A stretch of 11,946 nucleotides of DNA from Oligoflexales bacterium (GTDB taxonomy: Bacteria; Bdellovibrionota_B; Oligoflexia; Oligoflexales; RGVZ01): assembly GCA_044236265.1 (NCBI GenBank), contig JBIIGV010000086.1, positions 1-11,946 on the forward strand. Direction: 5' to 3'. The translations under genes and the position numbers were made by a program. The notes beneath the pieces were generated by a model. That model had not been told where the DNA came from, did no database searches, and was given only the letters and a program-made list of their open reading frames with translations. Of the stretch, positions 1 to 6,925 are shown piece by piece. The stretch's first letter is position 1. Every line of letters begins with the position of its first letter.

Positions 1-171
1 AAGGTTCAGCCAACGAGATGGAAGTGCCATCGAGGACAAAGACGCAACGATCACCATGACAAGGGCCACTTGCCATGCGTATTCATATTCAAGATTTAGT
101 GCTGAAGGAAAAAACAACACCAAGCATGAAATGAGCAGCTGGATGGCAGAAAATTTTACGACTGGCTTCAC
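1..171 (-). CDS. Putative multi-pass membrane protein, N-terminal 57 codons only (runs off the left edge)
   Basis: Not in the ORF track. Hand translation from GTG at 171 is open to position 1: MKPVVKFSAIQLLISCLVLFFPSALNLEYEYAWQVALVMVIVASLSSMALPSRWLNL. It has two hydrophobic segments and starts 9 nt after the stop of the 181..630 gene. Confidence 0.65.
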   Translation of the reverse strand, partial: MKPVVKFSAIQLLISCLVLFFPSALNLEYEYAWQVALVMVIVASLSSMALPSRWLNL

Positions 172-180
172 GATAAGCGA

Positions 181-630
181 TCAAAGACCGCGCAACAGCT
201 CCCAGGATCGGGAACCCTCGCGGCAAATATTCATCAACGTAGAACGATGTCGATGAAGGGCCTTAATGGTCTCAACGCGCACCTGGCTCTGGCTATTACC
301 ATGCCGTCTAACAAGGGCGTTAAGCGCTGGATCCATAGCTGCTATCAGCACTCCCACCCTTGCGGTGACCGAGCATTCACCGGCTTGAAGCATCTGCGGA
401 CCACAGTCCATGATTGCATCGTGGTCTGCCAAAGCTTCGGCCAGATCATCATCCGACAAGATATCAAAAATAGCCCGGAGTTGGTCTACGCGCTCGTTAA
501 TAGGCCTGGCCGCGTCCATTTTGTATGCACTCGCGCGATAGTACCGCAGACGCTGCTGAAGGTCTTTTTTAACTTCATGACAAAGCTCTACCAGCTCAAG
601 AACTAAATCGCTGTAACGAAAGCGCGCCAT
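181..630 (-). CDS. Hypothetical protein, probably soluble and alpha-helical (~149 aa)
   Basis: The ORF fills the gap between co-oriented genes. SD-like GAGGGGG lies 7 nt before the ATG at 630, whereas the ATG at 636 is only 1 nt from it. No family motif recognised. Confidence 0.75.
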   Translation of the reverse strand: MARFRYSDLVLELVELCHEVKKDLQQRLRYYRASAYKMDAARPINERVDQLRAIFDILSDDDLAEALADHDAIMDCGPQMLQAGECSVTARVGVLIAAMDPALNALVRRHGNSQSQVRVETIKALHRHRSTLMNICREGSRSWELLRGL

Positions 631-656
631 GGACATACCCCCTCACGAGAAATGAG

Positions 657-1256
657 TTACCACTCCAATTGAACTTTTCCCTCGCCCGTTGCCAAAACAA
701 GCTTTGTCTTAGGCTTTTCCACAAGGTTGGTGGCGCCAGGGTTCACTGCAGCGCGGTCAAAAACGACCAAATAGTCGGATGTCCAAGGGGAAATTGTCTC
801 AAAGAAATTTCTCCACCGAATCTTGTCATTAATTTTGCGAACCAAAACGGGACGTACGGGTCCATCTTTAGTTTCAAAAATGAGCGTCCAGTGGCTGGTA
901 TTTGATAAGTCGACCGTCTCGCGCTCGAGACCGTATATGGTCACAATGAATCCAGCTTTTGATGAGGCTTCTTCAAAAGCTCCAGCGGCATCTTCCATAT
1001 AAAGTTTCTGCACACGCTTTACGAGTGCCGAGCGAAATTCGGGCGAAAGGTACGTGGCATGAATCCGATACTTAACATCAAACTTTTGAATTAAGTCACC
1101 ACCACGCGTGGCCGACTGATACTTGTCGTAGTAGTCCTCATCATTGTGAATTTCGTCGTTAAGCTCAAACCCTTTATCAATTGAGCTGACGCAACCTGAC
1201 AAAGCCACCGCAGACAAGAATATAATCGAAAAATTTTTTAATGACTTCGAGATCAC
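657..1256 (-). CDS. Hypothetical lipoprotein
   Basis: A basic N-terminus and hydrophobic stretch lead to a canonical lipobox (LSGC). SD GGTGGAG is 7 nt before the GTG at 1256; the ATG at 1262 is only 1 nt from it. Confidence 0.8.
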   Translation of the reverse strand: MISKSLKNFSIIFLSAVALSGCVSSIDKGFELNDEIHNDEDYYDKYQSATRGGDLIQKFDVKYRIHATYLSPEFRSALVKRVQKLYMEDAAGAFEEASSKAGFIVTIYGLERETVDLSNTSHWTLIFETKDGPVRPVLVRKINDKIRWRNFFETISPWTSDYLVVFDRAAVNPGATNLVEKPKTKLVLATGEGKVQLEW

Positions 1257-1280
1257 ACGCATTCTCCACCGCTTCTAGGT

Positions 1281-2174
1281 TCAAACCGTGACTTTATTTC
1301 TTCCGTTCTGCTTCGAAAAATACAACTTTTTGTCTGCCGATTCCAAAAACGCCTCGACTGTTTGCATGTCGGGAGAGAGTTGAGATACACCCATACTCAT
1401 CGTCTGTCGGTGATCCACAACTTTGCCATCCACTTCAATTTTGAACACATGATTTTGGATCGCTGCTCGCAAACGCTCTGCAAGATCAGCGGCCACTTTT
1501 TGATCGGTATCGGGAAGTACTATGACAAACTCCTCTCCACCGTAACGCCCAAGGACGTCATCTTTGCGAATGGCTGACTTGCAAATAGTGGCTGTGTCAC
1601 GCAATACAACATCACCGCCGTTATGCCCAAGCGTGTCATTAACCTTTTTGAAATGATCAAGATCGTAGTAAATAATTGATAACGGTCGTTTGTACTGCCT
1701 CGCAAATTTGAGCTGACTATCTAAAAAGTCGAGAAGGTATTTTTTGTTGAATGTATCCGTTCCTGCGTCAATGGTTGCCATCCGATAAATTTTATCAGCC
1801 CAGATGGATTCCGCATTGTCAGAGGCAAAAAAGCGAAACAATACTGTTCCAAGACGAAGCATGTCCCCATCTTTGAGCAACGTTCTGGTTGTGACTTTCA
1901 CATCGTTGATGAACGTGCCATTGGAACTTCCGAGATCTTCGATTTCGAACCCTGCTGCCGATGAAGTTATTGCGGCATGTTGGCGAGATACACTAGCTTC
2001 GTTGACAAAGATGTGCGATTCAGGCGTGCGACCAACGATCGTTCGTTGCTCGATTAATTGAATTCTTCTGCCTAGATTTGCGCCGTTATATTGAATCAGC
2101 GACGCTGCTTTGCGTTTTGGCGGCTGAAATACGGTGCTACCCGGATCGGCAATTATGGTTTTATCATCTGACAT
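1281..2174 (-). CDS. dgcB: FHA-GGDEF diguanylate cyclase, DgcB-like
   Basis: FHA motifs are present (VGR, SVSRQHA, DLGSSNGTFIN, LKDGDMLRLG). The GGDEF domain has DLDHFKKVNDTLGH, the RxxD I-site RKDD and the active site GGEEF. A short Thr-containing N-terminal tail (MSDDKTII) matches the Bdellovibrio DgcB architecture. ATG at 2174 is preferred over TTG at 2189. The symbol reflects architecture, not tested orthology. Confidence 0.9.
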   Translation of the reverse strand: MSDDKTIIADPGSTVFQPPKRKAASLIQYNGANLGRRIQLIEQRTIVGRTPESHIFVNEASVSRQHAAITSSAAGFEIEDLGSSNGTFINDVKVTTRTLLKDGDMLRLGTVLFRFFASDNAESIWADKIYRMATIDAGTDTFNKKYLLDFLDSQLKFARQYKRPLSIIYYDLDHFKKVNDTLGHNGGDVVLRDTATICKSAIRKDDVLGRYGGEEFVIVLPDTDQKVAADLAERLRAAIQNHVFKIEVDGKVVDHRQTMSMGVSQLSPDMQTVEAFLESADKKLYFSKQNGRNKVTV

Positions 2175-2358
2175 CGTGCACCCAACCAAACCAAAAAATA
2201 AACAATAAATTAGGATGTTTAATCCTCTTTTATTTTACCCTGTGCTGGTTTTGATCGCAAAATCACCCCAAGGCCCAGAGACTCATGTTGCACCCCCACC
2301 AGCCTTGCGCTAATCTCACAAACGTCAAAAAGTACTTGAAAGTACGGAGGATTAGCTG
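2175..2358. promoter_or_regulatory. Divergent promoter region between the diguanylate cyclase operon and ugd
   Basis: This is a 184-nt gap between divergent genes with an AT-rich left half. It contains the imperfect inverted repeat AATAAA-TT-AGGAT-GTTTA-ATCCT-CT-TTTATT, the palindrome TTTTG-ATCG-CAAAA, and SD GGAGG at 2346-2350. No exact -35/-10 assigned. Confidence 0.55.
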
Positions 2359-3714
2359 ATGCGGATTGCGGTCATCGGAACCGGTTACGTTGGACTCGTT
2401 ACAGGGACATGCCTTGCTGAGGTTGGACACGTGGTGACCTGCGTTGATCTCGACGAAAAGAAAATTAAAATGCTGAAAGAAGCGCACTCGCCGATTTATG
2501 AGCCGGGTCTTGAGCCTCTGATTCAGCAAAATCTCGAACATGATCGACTTTTCTTTACGACAAAACTGGAAGACGCCCTGAATGGCGCGGATGTCGCATT
2601 CATCGCCGTTGGAACACCTGAGGGAGAAGACGGCAGCGCAGACTTGTCTTACGTAAAGGCCGTAGCCAAAAGCATTGGCGAGATGTGTTCCGGCAACCTG
2701 CTTGCCATTGTGAAGTCTACGGTCCCCGTCGGCACGTGCGACATTGTAGATGACATTATCCAGCAGACCCTGAAGGCGCGAGGCGCCAAACACCGAGTCA
2801 GCGTAGGCTCTAACCCCGAGTTCCTCAAAGAAGGCGCTGCGGTCAATGACTTCCTCCACCCTGACCGCATTGTGGCTGGTGTTACCAATGACCAGGATGC
2901 CGAACTTCTTAAAGAGCTCTACACGGTATTTGTCATCGATGATCCGTCAAAGCTATTTATCGTGGATCGCCGCTCCTCAGAGCTTATCAAATACGGAAGT
3001 AACGCTATGTTAGCGACGCGCATCAGCTTTATGAACGAGCTATCAAGGCTTTGCGAAAAAGTTGGTGCTGACATCGACAATGTTCGGCGGGGTATGGGCT
3101 CGGATCCGCGTATCGGCCGCAAATTTCTTTGGGCCGGCCCTGGCTACGGTGGAAGCTGCTTTCCCAAGGATGTTGCTGCTCTTGTAAAGACAGGTGATCA
3201 TTACGGCGTTTCGCTGGAAATTTTGAAAAGCGTGACCACCGCCAATGAGGCGCAAAAGAAACACGGTGCCTTGAAGGTCCTCAACCACTTTGGCGGCAAT
3301 CTCAAAGGCAAGACCGTCGCCATTTGGGGCTTAGCGTTCAAACCAGGCACAGACGATGTACGCGAGGCCCCTGCACTGACGATCATTGAAACACTGCTAA
3401 AGGCAGGCGCGACGGTCATAGGTCATGACCCACAGGGTCAGGAGAACTTTAGCCGCGAGATTGGCAGCCAAAATGGACTCACTTATGTTGACCAAGCATA
3501 CGATGCCGTCAAAAATGCGGATGCCTTGGTGTTGGTGACGGAGTGGCCTGAGTACAAACGGCCAAACTTCGATAAAGTGGCGTCTCTGATGCGAACCCGT
3601 GCTGTATTCGACCTGCGAAACCAGTGGAGCTTCAAACATTTAAAGAACCTTGGGTTTCACTATGAGTGCATGGGGCGCCCTGACGCATCGTCATCTCAAC
3701 GCGCACGCACCTAG
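2359..3714 (+). CDS. ugd: UDP-glucose 6-dehydrogenase (UDP-glucose/GDP-mannose dehydrogenase family)
   Basis: Motifs: Rossmann GTGYVG, FIAVGTP, KSTVPVGT, SNPEFLKEG, catalytic GYGGSCFPKD, GLAFKPGTDDVRE. Strong SD GGAGG. Confidence 0.95.
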   Translation: MRIAVIGTGYVGLVTGTCLAEVGHVVTCVDLDEKKIKMLKEAHSPIYEPGLEPLIQQNLEHDRLFFTTKLEDALNGADVAFIAVGTPEGEDGSADLSYVKAVAKSIGEMCSGNLLAIVKSTVPVGTCDIVDDIIQQTLKARGAKHRVSVGSNPEFLKEGAAVNDFLHPDRIVAGVTNDQDAELLKELYTVFVIDDPSKLFIVDRRSSELIKYGSNAMLATRISFMNELSRLCEKVGADIDNVRRGMGSDPRIGRKFLWAGPGYGGSCFPKDVAALVKTGDHYGVSLEILKSVTTANEAQKKHGALKVLNHFGGNLKGKTVAIWGLAFKPGTDDVREAPALTIIETLLKAGATVIGHDPQGQENFSREIGSQNGLTYVDQAYDAVKNADALVLVTEWPEYKRPNFDKVASLMRTRAVFDLRNQWSFKHLKNLGFHYECMGRPDASSSQRART

Positions 3715-3731
3715 CATTCAAGGAGATCCTC

Positions 3732-4325
3732 GTGGCAAGCAACGAAACGATTCTCGCAGCACTAAGGGAAGCCCAGTCTGGTTTAACTCAACTGATGGCC
3801 GATCAGGCAAAGTTGAGCCGTATCGCCGAAGCCGCTGCCATGATGGCTGCCTCTCTGAGTAAACAGGGACGGATTTTTTCCTGCGGTAACGGCGGCAGTA
3901 TGTGTGACGCCATGCATTTTGCTGAGGAACTCTCCGGGCGCTATCGTCTTGACCGACCAGCCTACGCTGCAGCAGCAATTTCCGATCCGAGTCACCTCGC
4001 CTGTGTTGCAAATGACTACGGCTATGAATTCGTATTCAGTCGTTATCTCGAAGCACACGGGCGACCCGGTGATGTTTTAGTTGGAATTTCGACCAGCGGC
4101 ACCAGCAAAAACGTCGTGAAAGCAGCTCAGGTAGCTAAAAGCCTTGGCATGAAAGTCGTCGCCTTGACAGGCAAAGATCAGTGCGCCTTGGGTGATTTGG
4201 TCGATGTCCATATTGCAACGCCCGCAGGTCAGTATGCCGATCGGGTTCAAGAGCTTCACATCAAGGTGATTCACATATTCATCGAGTTGATTGAACGACA
4301 ACTAGCCCCGCAAAACTACAAGTAA
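3732..4325 (+). CDS. gmhA: D-sedoheptulose 7-phosphate isomerase (phosphoheptose isomerase)
   Basis: SIS-domain motifs CGNGGSMCDAMHFAEELSGRY, ANDYGY, ISTSG and ADRVQELHIKVIH. SD AAGGAG precedes the GTG start. Confidence 0.95.
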   Translation: MASNETILAALREAQSGLTQLMADQAKLSRIAEAAAMMAASLSKQGRIFSCGNGGSMCDAMHFAEELSGRYRLDRPAYAAAAISDPSHLACVANDYGYEFVFSRYLEAHGRPGDVLVGISTSGTSKNVVKAAQVAKSLGMKVVALTGKDQCALGDLVDVHIATPAGQYADRVQELHIKVIHIFIELIERQLAPQNYK

Positions 4326-4374
4326 TGATTCCTCAATTATTAAACATCAAAGCCATATCCATGGAGATCGCATT

Positions 4375-4842
4375 ATGAATCAGCCGGGACAAGGACAGCC
4401 TCAACCAGGACAAGTTGAAATTACGATTGCTCGCATCTATGTCAAAGACTTGTCGTTTGAGTTACCGAAAGCACCCCAGATTTTTCAGCAACAGCACCAA
4501 CCGGAGATGAAGGTTGAGGTGAATGTCACACCAAAGAAGATGAATAACAACTTTTACGAAGTGACGCTGAATGTTCTTCTGGATGCGAAAGTCGGCGACG
4601 AGTCGATCTTTATGATTGAGATTGAACAATCAGGTGTTTTTGAAATCAAAAACGCGTCGCCGCAGCAGTTGGATCACATTCTCCTCGTATTCTGCCCGCA
4701 AACGCTGTTTCCGTACGCTAGGGCCAATATTGATCAGGCGATGACTATGGGCTCTCTGCCTCCAATTATGTTAGCTCCGCTTAATTTTGAGGCCATGCGA
4801 AACCAGCGCGAAGCCGCTCCCACTCAAGGTGGAGTGCACTAA
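4375..4842 (+). CDS. secB: Protein-export chaperone SecB
   Basis: Motifs RIYVKDLSFELPKAPQIF, YEVTL, EIEQSGVFEI, CPQTLFPYAR and LPPIMLAPLNFEAM. SD GGAG present. Confidence 0.93.
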   Translation: MNQPGQGQPQPGQVEITIARIYVKDLSFELPKAPQIFQQQHQPEMKVEVNVTPKKMNNNFYEVTLNVLLDAKVGDESIFMIEIEQSGVFEIKNASPQQLDHILLVFCPQTLFPYARANIDQAMTMGSLPPIMLAPLNFEAMRNQREAAPTQGGVH

Positions 4843-5762
4843 TGCGTCATCCTTTGGCTATGCTTCTCGCGACCGCGAGCATTGCTGCGGCACTTGCGAC
4901 TACAACTCAGTCGGCCGAGCGCTATCTGTTTGGGCGTCCGCTTGAGTATGAGCTGATTCATAGTGACTCGGGAATTTCACGCCCTCCGCTTGCTGATATT
5001 CATTCCGCCTTTGCAAAATTACACCTGGAGCACTCTTCGACGACTGCGTGGATCGAATATGGTCGCTCGGGGCAAAACAAACCGCTGATGGCACTCAGGA
5101 TTATGAACAGGGATGTCTCCACGAAGCGTCGACCTGCCGTATTCATTTCGGAAGCCATTCACGGCAACGAATACCTGCACATCACGGATCGGTTGCCTAT
5201 TGAGTTTTTAGCCAAAACCAATCCAGCGCCCGAATTTAACCGATTCATAGAAAATGGCGGTGTCGTCTACTTTGTTCCAATCATGAATCCCGACGGCTAC
5301 AGCGCTGGACAGCGCGGCAATGCTGCCGGCGCTGATTTAAACCGAGATTTTAAAATTCAAGCGGCAGGTAATCAGGGCTTTCGCCAACCGGAAACGCGGG
5401 CGGTTACCAATTTCGTCGCCTCGGAGGCCCAGTCGCTTCAACTTACCGTTGAGGCGACCATGGAATATCACTGCTGCATTGGCGGCCTAATTCATCCATG
5501 GGCGTGGACCTCTGAAGGGCTCACGGGTGATGCACTGACCCGACACCAGGAGTTCGGCGAGCTGGTCAAAGATATTTTTAATTACCCGTACGGCACCGTG
5601 AGCGACATTCTCGGTTACTCGGCTGTTGGTGGGTCTGATGATTACTATCTTGAAACGTACGGTCGCAGAGCCTTCTCATTTGAGGGTCAAAGATCCGTCG
5701 AGTCCCGCCGACTCGCAGACCACATAAGACTTTGGGATCGATTTTTTGCGACTCTTAACTAA
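4842..5762 (+). CDS. Secreted M14-family zinc carboxypeptidase
   Basis: N-terminal signal peptide; Zn ligands HGNE and EYH; VPIMNPDG; RGNAAGADLNRDF; C-terminal FSFE with the catalytic Glu. The start overlaps the secB stop (TAATG). Confidence 0.9.
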   Translation: MRHPLAMLLATASIAAALATTTQSAERYLFGRPLEYELIHSDSGISRPPLADIHSAFAKLHLEHSSTTAWIEYGRSGQNKPLMALRIMNRDVSTKRRPAVFISEAIHGNEYLHITDRLPIEFLAKTNPAPEFNRFIENGGVVYFVPIMNPDGYSAGQRGNAAGADLNRDFKIQAAGNQGFRQPETRAVTNFVASEAQSLQLTVEATMEYHCCIGGLIHPWAWTSEGLTGDALTRHQEFGELVKDIFNYPYGTVSDILGYSAVGGSDDYYLETYGRRAFSFEGQRSVESRRLADHIRLWDRFFATLN

Positions 5763-5786
5763 CGGAACAACAATGGACTGTGACCA

Positions 5787-6695
5787 TTAGGGGCGACTAA
5801 GTGCCGAGGCAGGGATAACAGAAAACTCTGCCGTATTTGGAACTTTCCACTGTAGCACCACCCCCAAATAGTCACGCGGACCTTGAAGGTAGTCGACTCT
5901 AAAACTATGTTCACCTTTGGTCAGGTTAATCGAAGAAGGCTGACGTGCAGCAATGGCCTCTGGCCAGGATAATCCGTCCCAATTTAGAACTAGCTGATCG
6001 TCAATAAACAGTTTTGCGCCATCGTCTAAAGCAGAAAACTTGAACGTATATTGTCCGTCCAAGGGTGCTGAAATTTTGCCACTAAAACGAATAGCAAACC
6101 ATTCCACTAGATCTGGCGCCGATGGAAATCCATTCGTCCACTTTGTAGTGGGAACATTAATATTCGGCGCCATGTAACGCTGTGGAAGAGGTGTTAGAGT
6201 CGACAGGTCTGGTAAATTATAAACCTCTCTATCAACGATAACACCTGGCCCATGATTTAATTTATAAATGTTGGCCAAGAGAGCGCGACTGGTGCCATCG
6301 TCATGAATCAATACTTTCCCCGTGCCGATAAGCTTGACCAAGCAAGAGGCTGTCTTTGAGCCATCTTTAAGCGTTAAAACTACGTCACGGTTTTCTGACA
6401 CGATGCCAGGAGCTGTATAGGATATCGCTATTGTATCGACTTTAGCCGTTCCGAAGTCATCTTGCACAGCTACAGATGTCGAAGCAGTATAGCCAGCAAC
6501 ATTGATTTGTACCGTCTGACCCGCATTCGCGGCAACTGATGCCTCGATACACCCAAATGCCGGTAATCCAGTTGGGGGAACTATCGGTTTTTTAGATTTG
6601 CCAGCCGCACCAGATCCACCAGCCATCTCTGCGCCCGCGCAGCGCGCAAGAATCACCGCTAGAACGACTACGAAAAAAACTTGTTTATTTTCCAT
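5787..6695 (-). CDS. PA14-domain exported protein, probable lipoprotein
   Basis: SD GGAG precedes the ATG at 6695. The signal peptide ends in LARC and is followed by a Gly/Lys/Pro linker and a beta-rich middle domain. C-terminal PA14 motifs: WFAIRFSGKI, GQYTF, LDDGAKLFIDDQLVL, LTKGEHSFRVDYLQG, LQWKVP, IPASAL. Confidence 0.85.
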   Translation of the reverse strand: MENKQVFFVVVLAVILARCAGAEMAGGSGAAGKSKKPIVPPTGLPAFGCIEASVAANAGQTVQINVAGYTASTSVAVQDDFGTAKVDTIAISYTAPGIVSENRDVVLTLKDGSKTASCLVKLIGTGKVLIHDDGTSRALLANIYKLNHGPGVIVDREVYNLPDLSTLTPLPQRYMAPNINVPTTKWTNGFPSAPDLVEWFAIRFSGKISAPLDGQYTFKFSALDDGAKLFIDDQLVLNWDGLSWPEAIAARQPSSINLTKGEHSFRVDYLQGPRDYLGVVLQWKVPNTAEFSVIPASALSRP

Positions 6696-6925
6696 TCCTG
6701 CTCCAGTCAGGAGGACATCGGAAGAAACGCGACAGACATTGAGGCGACCATTTGATATCGCCACTTATTCCAATATTTTCAATATTTTGCATACAAATCT
6801 AAGCCAGGATTCGGTTCGAATGTGACTGCTCGTAGGCGTCGCTGACGTGAGAGTTCCGTACCAATTTCCCCAAGAAAATGAAATACTCGCACCATGGATC
6901 GAAATATTTTGTGATGGAGCGTTCC

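Noticed and set aside
56..606. Plus-strand ORFs 56..256 and 247..606
   Set aside because: They lie antisense to minus-strand genes that fit the operon layout better, and their composition is not protein-like.
2245..2262. Sigma54 promoter or FNR box near TGGTTTTGATCGCAAAA
   Set aside because: GG-to-GC spacing is 8 rather than 10, and the TTGAT/ATCA spacing does not fit an FNR site.
2263..2859. 198-aa antisense ORF overlapping ugd
   Set aside because: It is a shadow of a well-conserved gene on the opposite strand and shows no recognisable motifs.
4375..4842. secB as part of a toxin-antitoxin-chaperone module
   Set aside because: The flanking genes are gmhA and an M14 peptidase; no toxin or HTH antitoxin gene is adjacent.
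6831..6840. CGTAGGCGTC resembles CGTAGGCATC at 11806-15, suggesting a GTAG-type REP family
   Set aside because: It is only a 9/10 match in two copies with different flanking structure, and no RAYT transposase is present. A genome-wide count would be needed.
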